Virus record (IMG/VR): IMGVR_UViG_3300028624_000003
Span: 1-64,000 of that record
Direction: 5' to 3' (one strand)
DNA length: 64,000 bases
Source of the DNA: a virus
Taxonomy: Duplodnaviria > Caudoviricetes
This document shows, in pieces, positions 10,488 to 19,649 of the stretch. Position 1 is the stretch's first letter. Each line of letters starts with the position of its first letter. The position numbers were made by a program, and so were the translations under genes. The notes under the pieces were generated by a model. That model worked only from the letters and a program-made list of their open reading frames with translations, was not told where the DNA came from and made no database searches.

Positions 10488-10643
10488 GTGGTAAACAAGT
10501 ACGAAGTATGCCCATCACACCTTGTACTTGTTAGAACCGGGTATTTTTCATATCACACCTCACTTGTGTAAAGTTTCATAATTCCAATTCTCACGGGTGT
10601 GAGAGTGGATTCATACTATCATGCAATTCATTTGAAATTAAGA

Positions 10644-10661
10644 CATATATTACAATACTGA
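10644..10661 (+). promoter_or_regulatory. phiKZ-type early promoter
   Basis: CATATATTAC-AATAC-TGA; matches six other copies upstream of genes. Confidence 0.75.
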
Positions 10662-10693
10662 TCACTAACACTCTAACCGTTTAGGAGCTCAGT

Positions 10694-11332
10694 ATGTTTA
10701 ATTCAGAGATCATCGTGCCTATCTTCAAGCTGAACGAAATGTTCGTCGTCTACAATGTTGATACTGGAGATCTGGTGCACCCTGATGCAATTCCTAATGT
10801 ACAGGCATCAGATCGGTGGATCTCATTTTGTACCAGTAACGGAACTCCCGCATTTCTGTATGGCGATGGAGGTGTGACAGATCTGTGCGGTGCTATTCCT
10901 CCTACTGAACTGCACGTACTGAATGACAGTCGAAAAAGTGCGACCAGATGGCTCATGACGTGTCGTACAATCTTCGAAAGGACTTTGAATGAAATTCGTC
11001 ACACTCAGACTACGGAGCCGAGCTCTGGACGTACAGGATGTGTTCAATTCCATCCTGACTACATCAACAAGATCGAAAATCTTCAGCGTGCTATCGCACC
11101 AGGATCAGATACCAAGTTTTCTGTGCGGGGCATGCTCGCAAAGCAGGTGATGCGCCAGGTCATCAGCAACGAAAATCTTCCCGACCTCATTCGTCTCGCT
11201 TACATTCAGGCCACAGCGATCTGCGCGCTCCAGATGCACCTCGCCAGATTGCGCATGATAGAGATAGCGATGGCTTCGCCGTGCATTGTCAAGAACGGTC
11301 GAGACCTCTACCCTCTTCTGATCCAGGACTAG
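10694..11332 (+). CDS. hypothetical early protein
   Basis: 212-aa ORF with an AGGAG RBS, early promoter upstream, terminator at 11346-11384. Confidence 0.75.
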   Translation: MFNSEIIVPIFKLNEMFVVYNVDTGDLVHPDAIPNVQASDRWISFCTSNGTPAFLYGDGGVTDLCGAIPPTELHVLNDSRKSATRWLMTCRTIFERTLNEIRHTQTTEPSSGRTGCVQFHPDYINKIENLQRAIAPGSDTKFSVRGMLAKQVMRQVISNENLPDLIRLAYIQATAICALQMHLARLRMIEIAMASPCIVKNGRDLYPLLIQD

Positions 11333-11415
11333 TCTCTAGCAACACTGAGCAGGTGGGAATCTCCCACCTGCTCATATTTTTTTAAACACATCTGTAAAAT
11401 ACTGAGCAAAATTAT

Positions 11416-11449
11416 ATCTAGATGAGGTTCTGCAGAACCTCATCTAGAT
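11416..11449. repeat. perfect 34-bp palindrome
   Basis: ATCTAGATGAGGTTCTGCAGAACCTCATCTAGAT equals its own reverse complement. Confidence 0.95.
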
Positions 11450-11640
11450 GATGGGTTCAGTCGTCATGACTACCTTCATTTCTTTTTGGTATAAATACTA
11501 CTTAGAGAGATTCCCTAGTGGGAATCTCTCATTGGTGTATATTGTACATTTACTCTTTGTTTGTATTCCTCCCCACCCAACACTAGCACTATGCACTATG
11601 ACTACCCCTCCTTCCTCTACTACTTTATTGAAGAGGAAAT

Positions 11641-11790
11641 AAGGATGTCGAGTACTCCGTACTCTCCTCTTAATACAAACAGACTTCGTCTGTCTCTGTG
11701 GTTTTCGAGGGTTCTTCCCCCTTCTCTTACGAGAAGAGTGGAGTAGGTGTGTTTACATTTTATTACTGCAGATGTAAATTTTTACAACAA
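11641..11790. repeat. dispersed hairpin-rich element, copy 1
   Basis: 11641-11694 is identical (54 bp) to 58986-59039; diverged similarity continues for ~100 bp. Confidence 0.9.
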
Positions 11791-11912
11791 TACAAAATGT
11801 TAATTAGATTAATGAATAAGCTCACAATGAGACACTCACGTGTCTCGTGTATTCTAATAGTCGTCCTTGCGATAGTATGCATTCGATCGTAAATTATGGA
11901 GGTATGCCACTC

Positions 11913-13049
11913 ATGTTGGATATTCCTGAGAAAATAAATGTACTGAGAGAACTCTCAGATGGTGTAGATCAGTACATAGCTAGTGGCATCTACTTAGGTA
12001 ACAGTCCTGAGATGGATGCGGAAGCAGATCTGGTCATCTACCAGGATTGTCTTCTTATCGTGATCAAAGAGCTGAGAGAACTCGGTATTCTGTTCATGAT
12101 GGATGATAGTGAGCTCATCACGGATGGCTATCAAGCTGATGCATTGATCGAAATACGTCGTATGTTCGATCGTCACAACTTGAGAGAACGGCTCGTAGCT
12201 AACAGGAATGTCATTCCTGCACTGGAATCTATTCTCGAAGCTGAATTTGACGAAGATGAGTATTACAGCAATGTAATTGACCATCTTCGCGTAGCCTGGC
12301 CAAACTTGAATAAGACATTCGAGACCATGGACAGACTGCGCAGCATCGTCACGAGCAACATCCTGTTCAAGAGACACCTTCTTGCGGTGATCGATGTATC
12401 TGTACCTAAAGCAACTCTCGTCGAAGATAGTGAGATACGCAAAGCTTATCTGAAGAAGATCTTGGCAGGACGAAAGTTCTATGAATACATCGTACGATAC
12501 TTGATCGACAACAAAAGGATATTTCCACCCGTAGGATACGATAAAGAAGACGAGCAAGCTTGTATCGCGAGTCTTGAACACAGTATCAATCTCTACGATA
12601 TGGATAAACTGACCGGATCGAATCTAAGTGAACTGATCTGGGCAGTTATGACAGATCCCAACACGCTCCATCCCGATATGGTGAAGGTACAGGATCAGAT
12701 CATTTATCGACACAAGAGTAACGCTACGCACCACATCGAGTACTATATAGCGCGAAGACAGAAACCTACACTGTCGCAAATGTATGAGTTGGCTTGCCAC
12801 ACATTCGAGCCACAGCTCACCCCAGATACTGCACTGGCCGCAATGCGTGAAGAACTTGACAAATTGAAAGATGCTCAGTATCTTCCGATACAAAAAGGAG
12901 ATGCTCCTGAGTATATATTCGACAATGAAGCACGCAAAGAAAATATCTCCAACGAACGTCACTTCTTCGATCAGTTGTACACGTCGTTCGCCGCTTTTAT
13001 TGAAGAGCACGAAGACGACTTTCACAAATTGGTCGCATCCGTGTTGTAG
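11913..13049 (+). CDS. hypothetical protein (possibly virion structural)
   Basis: Long ORF with a GGAGG RBS, 9 bp upstream of the RNAP subunit gene. Confidence 0.75.
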   Translation: MLDIPEKINVLRELSDGVDQYIASGIYLGNSPEMDAEADLVIYQDCLLIVIKELRELGILFMMDDSELITDGYQADALIEIRRMFDRHNLRERLVANRNVIPALESILEAEFDEDEYYSNVIDHLRVAWPNLNKTFETMDRLRSIVTSNILFKRHLLAVIDVSVPKATLVEDSEIRKAYLKKILAGRKFYEYIVRYLIDNKRIFPPVGYDKEDEQACIASLEHSINLYDMDKLTGSNLSELIWAVMTDPNTLHPDMVKVQDQIIYRHKSNATHHIEYYIARRQKPTLSQMYELACHTFEPQLTPDTALAAMREELDKLKDAQYLPIQKGDAPEYIFDNEARKENISNERHFFDQLYTSFAAFIEEHEDDFHKLVASVL

Positions 13050-13058
13050 GAGTAAGCC

Positions 13059-14462
13059 ATGAGCTCAAATCTGACAATAGAAGACCGCCAAGCGTTCGCT
13101 GCATGGTTTACTGCCGAAAAACGTAGACCTGCAATGAAGAATCGCGCTAAACTCTTACATCTCTTTGCAGTGACGAAGAAAGAAGAGTTTACACACAAGT
13201 TGCAGAAAGGTTCGGGTGGTGTAGCTGCTACTGGTAATGTAGTTATGACCCCTCAGGAATATCAAGAATACATGACTACCCATGTGGTGGTAATGTACGG
13301 AAATCTGCAATGTGGAGTAGAAGTCGGTGACTATGACGAAAGTACAATGAGCGTCGACGTCACGTTGGTCACAAATGGACGAGGCGCGGATGTTGCCGCT
13401 ATCGACATTTACCAACCATTCTTCCTTAAGCGCGGAATGATCGAAAACTACGTTTCTGAGGAGACTACCACATACGGCAGATATCTTCTCAACTATGTAG
13501 TATTGGCCTCGATATTTGGGGACAAAATTCCGTATGTGAATACTACGTTCAATATCTCGAAAGTAGAGGAACAAATTGCTACGAAGGTACTCTCAGAAGA
13601 AATCACCGCTGCGCAGGTTGGTGCGTATCTGGACTGGGGATTTTTCTTAGGTACCATGTCAGAAATCTGCGTACCAGTATTCAGTGAGAAGTCGTTGGTT
13701 CCTCCTCCAGGAATTGATGAACTGAAGAAGAAGCTTCTGAAAGAATTTGCGGACAAGCTTGACGATCCAGTCGTAGGATCTATGATTGAAGACCAATGCA
13801 TTGCATTGGACAAGGAATGGCTCAAAGGAGACCCGTCTATGGGTTTCTATGGTTCCGATGGTAAAAAGACCAACGTGCATAGAAAGCGACAGTACCTCAT
13901 GTTCGGTCTTGTCCCTAAGTTCCAGAAAGAAGCAGGTGCGTACGAATTCGTGACTTCGTCTCTTACTGATGGATGGGAACATGAAGCAATCCCTACTTTC
14001 TGTAACGATATTCGTATGGGGTCTTACAGCCGTGGTATTGAAACTGCTAACGGTGGTGTAGAAACCAAACGCATCATTCGTCTCCTGCAGAATCTTCATA
14101 TCGTCGCAGATGACTGCGGTACGTCCAGAGGTCTTCTGGTGCATCTTACAGAAGCAAATATCAAAGACTATCTTGGACGAAACGTAGTGTCCGGCAAAGG
14201 GTACGTTACGATTACTTCGAGAAATAAATCTACTTTCATTGGTAAAACATGGACTCTGCGTAGTTTCATGTATTGCCAACAAGAAGGTGGATATTGCTAC
14301 ACGTGCGGAGGTGAAAACTACCGTACTCTCGGTGTAGACGCAATCGGTACTCTTGCACTTGATCTTGGTGCTGCATTTCTTACCATGTCAATGAAAGCCA
14401 TGCATGGTACAAAACTTTCGAACTTTGTCATTGATGATCTCGACGAGTTTGTCATTGACTGA
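13059..14462 (+). CDS. virion RNA polymerase beta' subunit, middle fragment (phiKZ gp80-like)
   Basis: SYSRGIETANGG (bridge-helix-like), DDCGT, LRSFMYC..YCYTCGG zinc site, SMKAMHG trigger loop. Confidence 0.85.
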   Translation: MSSNLTIEDRQAFAAWFTAEKRRPAMKNRAKLLHLFAVTKKEEFTHKLQKGSGGVAATGNVVMTPQEYQEYMTTHVVVMYGNLQCGVEVGDYDESTMSVDVTLVTNGRGADVAAIDIYQPFFLKRGMIENYVSEETTTYGRYLLNYVVLASIFGDKIPYVNTTFNISKVEEQIATKVLSEEITAAQVGAYLDWGFFLGTMSEICVPVFSEKSLVPPPGIDELKKKLLKEFADKLDDPVVGSMIEDQCIALDKEWLKGDPSMGFYGSDGKKTNVHRKRQYLMFGLVPKFQKEAGAYEFVTSSLTDGWEHEAIPTFCNDIRMGSYSRGIETANGGVETKRIIRLLQNLHIVADDCGTSRGLLVHLTEANIKDYLGRNVVSGKGYVTITSRNKSTFIGKTWTLRSFMYCQQEGGYCYTCGGENYRTLGVDAIGTLALDLGAAFLTMSMKAMHGTKLSNFVIDDLDEFVID

Positions 14463-14498
14463 TTGTATAGACAACAATAACCTTCATCGAGGTGTTTC

Positions 14499-15119
14499 AT
14501 GGGCAAGACGATGAGTCCTACGGAATTGGCAAAGAAGCTGCAGGAATCTTCCAATGTGGAGCAGTCTGCTCCCGAAGAAACGACTCCTGAAGTGAACGAG
14601 GTTGAAACTCCTCAGGTAGCAGAAGGGAAGAACGAGCCTCCCGTAGCTACTCCTGAACCTGCACCGGAAGTTGAGCCAGAAGTCAAGCAGGAACCGAAGA
14701 TCGAACCTGCGGTGGTTCGTCCGGTTGCTGCTTCTCCGAAGAGCACTGCAACTCGTATTCTGGAAGACATGATCGGAAATTATCTCAGTGCATCTCGTGA
14801 GATCATCCCCGTTCAAAAGAAGTGCTGTGCAGCACTCCATGGGGTACTGCAGTACGTGATCTCCCAGCAGAATGATCCTGAAGTTCTGCTTACTTTCTAC
14901 GAATTCATGACCGAGCTCGGTAGCTCCAGGCCATCTCCTGACTGGGTGTTCATGCACATGGAATCCATGTCGAAGCTCAGCAAGGATCGGGTCAGTGCAC
15001 TCTACGTACTGGTGTACGAGTTGCTGTCCGATCGTAAGCCTGCGATCGACTACGAACACTGCCAGCGGCTGTTCGGTGGTGATGCTCTGGTAAACTTCGT
15101 ACAGAGCAGAATGCGTTAA
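14499..15119 (+). CDS. hypothetical protein with Pro/Glu-rich N-terminus
   Basis: GAGG RBS; followed by the hairpin at 15145-15176. Confidence 0.75.
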   Translation: MGKTMSPTELAKKLQESSNVEQSAPEETTPEVNEVETPQVAEGKNEPPVATPEPAPEVEPEVKQEPKIEPAVVRPVAASPKSTATRILEDMIGNYLSASREIIPVQKKCCAALHGVLQYVISQQNDPEVLLTFYEFMTELGSSRPSPDWVFMHMESMSKLSKDRVSALYVLVYELLSDRKPAIDYEHCQRLFGGDALVNFVQSRMR

Positions 15120-15314
15120 GGTACATCGGGTATACTGCATAGGTGCTACAGGAGGACCGTGAGGTCCTCCTGTAGCTAGAGTCGGGATATGGAAACCTGA
15201 GCAGAAAGTGATCATCGGGTTCGGGCCGATGTCGTTTTATCGCCAAGGGAGTAGCTAGCTCATGACGATTAACGAAACACTTCTACCTATACAATCAGGT
15301 AGTGGATGTAACAG

Positions 15315-15818
15315 TTAACTCAGATCGTGCGGATCTGCTCGAGTCACTGTTTCGGCTATCGGCATATCTTTGATTCTGGAATCAAGTTCTTCCAGTTCCT
15401 CATGCTTTATCTCGCGCGTCTGATTTCCACTGAAGTCACGTACACTGATGTTCTTAAGAATCTCGATGGCGACCTTACCCATGTTCGATTCTTGTTCGGT
15501 GGCCTTATTACGCAGTCTCTGCGTTATGCGACGTTCCATGGATTTTTCACGTGCATCTAGCATAGATGTCAATGCAGTGGCAGCAGTCAACTTCTTTTCA
15601 CAGTCATCGAGACTGTCGCAATTGAAGTCAAAGTTTATACCCATGACAGCGGTATGAAGCTTATTGATGATCTGATCACGTACGATAGCGTTGATGTTTG
15701 CTACTTCATCAGCTCTATCCAGATACTGGTTGATAGTTGTAGGATTTTCGGGATCGTTATGAATTATATCAGGAAGCTGTGGGGTGTTTCCCGTAACGGC
15801 ATTATTTTCATTTTCCAC
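15315..15818 (-). CDS. hypothetical protein
   Basis: Helical ORF; probable GTG start after GGAGG. Confidence 0.65.
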   Translation of the reverse strand: MENENNAVTGNTPQLPDIIHNDPENPTTINQYLDRADEVANINAIVRDQIINKLHTAVMGINFDFNCDSLDDCEKKLTAATALTSMLDAREKSMERRITQRLRNKATEQESNMGKVAIEILKNISVRDFSGNQTREIKHEELEELDSRIKDMPIAETVTRADPHDLS

Positions 15819-15872
15819 GATGACAAACCTCCGCGTATTCGGTGTTCTGCATATCATGAACTAGAATACACG

Positions 15873-15890
15873 TATATATTACTAAATTGA
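15873..15890 (+). promoter_or_regulatory. phiKZ-type early promoter (gyrB)
   Basis: TATATATTAC-TAAAT-TGA. Confidence 0.75.
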
Positions 15891-15958
15891 TGTACTTGAT
15901 CGAATGTTATATTAGACAACTCAGATGAATTGTATATAAAGAATCGTGGAGGTTGATT

Positions 15959-18481
15959 GTGGCGAAAACGACTACTCCTACTTATGGCGATAAAGACATC
16001 AAACATCTGTCTGACGCAGATTGGGTCTTACTTCGTCCTGAAAACCACATCCGCACAACTGACCAAGACGGCCAGCTGCACATCATCAAAGAAATTTTCG
16101 ATAACGCACTCGACGAGACTGAGATCTCGGAGGGTGGAGAACTCGAGATTCTTCTCTTCCTCGATCGTAGGAACAAGACCTACCAAGTCATTATCTCCGA
16201 TAATGGCCGTGGTGTACCACTCGGAAAGCTCGAAGACTCATTCACGAAACTGAAGACTTCTGGTAAATACGACAAGAATGCCTATCAGACTTCTGGCGGT
16301 CTTAACGGCATCGGTGGCAAAGTCGCAATGATTCTCTCTGAGAATTTCAAGGTCATTACCTTGCGCGACAATAAAGTTGGTCATCTTGTATTCCATCGCG
16401 CAGAAACCTTGTGCTCCACTATCACAGATTATCCCAGCAAACATACTGGGACTGTGGTGGCCATGGAGCCAAGGCACGGATTCTTCACAGGGGTTGATAT
16501 TTTTGTCGAGTCTCACTACGACCACCTCGTGAAGCTTTCTCTCATTCTCGGTATGTTCAGCCAGAACACCCGCATCGTCTGCCGTGCAGTATACGAAGGA
16601 ATCTCTCCTGAGTTCTGGACGATGAATGCAGTGAATGCTCTCGACTATCTGAACACAGTAGTCGAAAATAAAGCAGTCGTACTCGCAGATGGTGCTGACA
16701 ACGAAGCGGTCATGCATCACCTGAGAGAAATGTGGCAGGTGGACAGCCAGTTCATTTGGAACCTTCTTCAGGTGTCCAGTGCATCTGTGCCACACCTCGA
16801 GCACCAAGAACAGGAAGTGAACGATCCGTTGCGGGGTGTAAGAGAGCAACGTGACGTAGAACTCTCGTTCAAGTTCAATCTGTACTTGCCGAAGATATTC
16901 AGAGGGACGTTCGTTACTTCCGTCGTGAACAACATCCCAATGAAAGACATGACGTCTTCTCACATCACCGGGCTAGTCACTGCGTTGAAGTTCCGGCTTG
17001 CGTCGCGAATTGAAGATGAGGAAATTCGGAAGTTCTTCATTGATCTGTATCGCATGCCGATATGTGCAGCCATCTCCATCAAGTATGGTGATGTACGCTA
17101 CACCGGTCTGGCAAAGGATGGCTTCAAGTCATCTGTATTCGAGAAGCGTTATGTGGAGATGCTCCGCATCGTATTTCAGGAGTATTCTGATGACGTTTGG
17201 GCTGAATTGTACAATCATCTCGCGATGGACGTGGTGACACGTTATCACGAGTACTACAATAAGCCTATGTCAAAGAGTGCATCCAGAAAGAACTCGATGA
17301 CACTCGATAAGCATTTCTACGAATGCAACACACCAGATCGATCCAAAGCGGAGCTGTTCATCGTCGAAGGTGTTTCTGCTGACCATATCCGGTTGGCACG
17401 TACACCTGACGGGACCCAAGCGGTATTCATGATCAAGGGTGTCCCTTCGAACGTATCCAAGTCATCTACCGGAAAACGGACTCCCATTGAGCGAATCAAC
17501 AGTTACCCTGCGTACAAACAACTGTCCGAGATCATCGGGATTCGTCCTGGTCAGACAGACTTGTCCACAGCGAGATACGGAAAGATCATCTGCACGAATG
17601 ACGCAGATATCGACGGGGGTCACATTTGTGCATTGCACATAGGCGCACTGTATCACTTGAATCCCAGAATCATCGAATCTGGTATGGTGTACATCGCGAA
17701 CCCCCCGCTCTACGAAATCTTGCTTGAAGGAAAAGACGCACGAAAGATCTTCGTCCGAACCAAGTCGGAATTCGTAGACTTCCGCTGCAGCTGTCTCTAT
17801 CAACCGACCTTGGATATATATGTCGACGATGTCGACCATCGTGTATTTGGTACTCCCCAAAAGCTTACGGGAGACGAGTACATTGACTTCTGCAAGATCG
17901 TGGTTCTGGTCGGAGAAATCTACACAGAACTCGAAAAGAAACTCGGTATTGATGCCGGGATCATCGAGAAGCTCACGTACCTTACCAAGTACATCCAGCC
18001 AGGTCGCGTGGATGGAAATACATTGCGCGCAGCGTTTGGTTCAAAGACAATCTACGATCCTACGTTGAACATTCTTACTGTCGCCGGTCGTGGTGATGAG
18101 CGCGACTCGTCGTTCTCGCTCGACGGTGTGGCAGAAGCAATGTACGAGGAGCTTCTTCCTGTACTGTACAACCTGCAGTGGAAGAAGCTAGAGATTCGAG
18201 TAACTACGAAGCTGACGGACTCGCTGAATATGGTGAAAGTAACCATGTTCCAGCTCTACAAGATCTTTGAAACCTTGAACGGCCGACTCAAAGTAGACCG
18301 TAACAAGGGACTTGGTGGTATGACAGAAAAGGATCTTGAGCTGACCTGCATGGATCCTGCCACCCGTCATTTGCATCAGATCACGAGTCTCGGTGATGCT
18401 GAAAAGATCCTCGACCTTCTCGGGGATGACAGCTCTACGAGAAAGCGTATTCTGGAAGATCTGGGACTTCTCGAATCTTAA
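15959..18481 (+). CDS. gyrB: type IIA topoisomerase/DNA gyrase subunit B
   Basis: GHKL motifs EIFDNALDE, DNGRGVP, SGGLNGIG; TOPRIM ELFIVEGVSA and DADIDGGHI; C-terminal NKGLGGM..TCMDPATR. Confidence 0.92.
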   Translation: MAKTTTPTYGDKDIKHLSDADWVLLRPENHIRTTDQDGQLHIIKEIFDNALDETEISEGGELEILLFLDRRNKTYQVIISDNGRGVPLGKLEDSFTKLKTSGKYDKNAYQTSGGLNGIGGKVAMILSENFKVITLRDNKVGHLVFHRAETLCSTITDYPSKHTGTVVAMEPRHGFFTGVDIFVESHYDHLVKLSLILGMFSQNTRIVCRAVYEGISPEFWTMNAVNALDYLNTVVENKAVVLADGADNEAVMHHLREMWQVDSQFIWNLLQVSSASVPHLEHQEQEVNDPLRGVREQRDVELSFKFNLYLPKIFRGTFVTSVVNNIPMKDMTSSHITGLVTALKFRLASRIEDEEIRKFFIDLYRMPICAAISIKYGDVRYTGLAKDGFKSSVFEKRYVEMLRIVFQEYSDDVWAELYNHLAMDVVTRYHEYYNKPMSKSASRKNSMTLDKHFYECNTPDRSKAELFIVEGVSADHIRLARTPDGTQAVFMIKGVPSNVSKSSTGKRTPIERINSYPAYKQLSEIIGIRPGQTDLSTARYGKIICTNDADIDGGHICALHIGALYHLNPRIIESGMVYIANPPLYEILLEGKDARKIFVRTKSEFVDFRCSCLYQPTLDIYVDDVDHRVFGTPQKLTGDEYIDFCKIVVLVGEIYTELEKKLGIDAGIIEKLTYLTKYIQPGRVDGNTLRAAFGSKTIYDPTLNILTVAGRGDERDSSFSLDGVAEAMYEELLPVLYNLQWKKLEIRVTTKLTDSLNMVKVTMFQLYKIFETLNGRLKVDRNKGLGGMTEKDLELTCMDPATRHLHQITSLGDAEKILDLLGDDSSTRKRILEDLGLLES

Positions 18482-18540
18482 TGCGTTAAACATGTCCCGG
18501 GGAAATGTTCGGACTTCCCCGGGACAGTCATGAGGTGGAT

Positions 18541-19182
18541 ATGGAACCATTCGCAAAGGAACCGCGAACATCGCAAAAACCTCAAATGACATTCGTGGAT
18601 AACTTTTCGTGTAAGACGGATGTCACACAACGCAAAGCTATTCCAGCTCCTGAAAGAAAAATAAAGGAGCCTGAGAACATCGCACCTAGTCAGGATTCTG
18701 AACTTGACTGGCTGGCAAAATCGTGCAACATCGCCAAGACGATGAAATGGAATGCACCCACTCGTGTACTTTCTGGCGAACCGATATTCGAACCTCAGGA
18801 TATCGGGAAGGTGATAAACCCGATCGCAAAGATCGTCAGAATGCTCTTCGTAGACGAAGATATCACGAAAGAAGAATTTCATGCACGACACACTGAGTTC
18901 TGTTTACGTGGTGGTAGACTCAAGAAGGATATCAACACTGATCGGAACAATCTCGTACGGACATTGAAACGTCCTAGAGTCACAGTGCTTGCATTCGAAA
19001 AAGCGTTAGCTGTTCTAGGGTTGAAAATCGTGGACACATCGTACACGATTCAAAATACTCGCACAGGAACAATAACGACTTACAAATACAGTGAAGCCGA
19101 CTTCTTCGCGGATGAAAACTTCCGAAGGAACCGGCAAGAACTCGAGTTGCTCGATCTCAAGAGTGACATCAGTCGCCAGTAA
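18541..19182 (+). CDS. hypothetical protein (possible DNA-binding)
   Basis: Basic helical C-terminal domain; start placed at MEPFAK after GAGGTGG, downstream of the hairpin at 18493-18526. Confidence 0.7.
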   Translation: MEPFAKEPRTSQKPQMTFVDNFSCKTDVTQRKAIPAPERKIKEPENIAPSQDSELDWLAKSCNIAKTMKWNAPTRVLSGEPIFEPQDIGKVINPIAKIVRMLFVDEDITKEEFHARHTEFCLRGGRLKKDINTDRNNLVRTLKRPRVTVLAFEKALAVLGLKIVDTSYTIQNTRTGTITTYKYSEADFFADENFRRNRQELELLDLKSDISRQ

Positions 19183-19221
19183 GTAGTATTCGTGTAATTA
19201 ATGACGCGTACTGCTTATTAT

Positions 19222-19505
19222 GTGTGACAACACAAGTCTGAACCAAGCTCTGCACTGGTCGCAGTTCTGCGTGATCCGGATAACACCAGGAATCGCAACG
19301 AACATCGAGTGGCTAGAAGACTCGCGACAGGAAGTGTGGAGTTTATACGGAGCGATTCCGCCGAATCGTTCCAGGAACTCCGGACTGGATACCATTCAGT
19401 TCAGCATTGTCCTTGTTTTAAGGGGAATACGAATTTTGGCAGTACGGATTCCGAGCATAGACCGACGGGACTGGAGAGGGCACGAAAGTGCGCCTCTCCT
19501 ACCCT
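19222..19505 (+). ncRNA. candidate ~280-nt structured ncRNA
   Basis: Multiple nested helices with G-U pairs on the + strand; TATG late-promoter core at 19219-19222; closing GAAA-capped hairpin at 19473-19499. Confidence 0.5.
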
Positions 19506-19649
19506 AAAATTATGTTGCATGTTATTATAGTCGTGGAGGGATCTCCACGTGACTTATATTTTTCGATTTCGATAAAAATAACATCCACGCTATCTGTATA
19601 TTTTTCTACTAAATACAGGTATCGTATAAGTTCTAGTCGGAGGAGACTA

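Noticed and set aside
11645-11746. MSSTPYSPLNTNRLRLSL peptide encoded by both repeat copies
   Set aside because: Identity includes synonymous positions and coincides with hairpins, and the C-termini diverge by indels, so conservation looks nucleotide-level. Not fully excluded.
15180-15314. Hammerhead-like CTCATGA...GAAAC in a convergent intergenic gap
   Set aside because: The core deviates from CUGANGA and stems II/III do not form.
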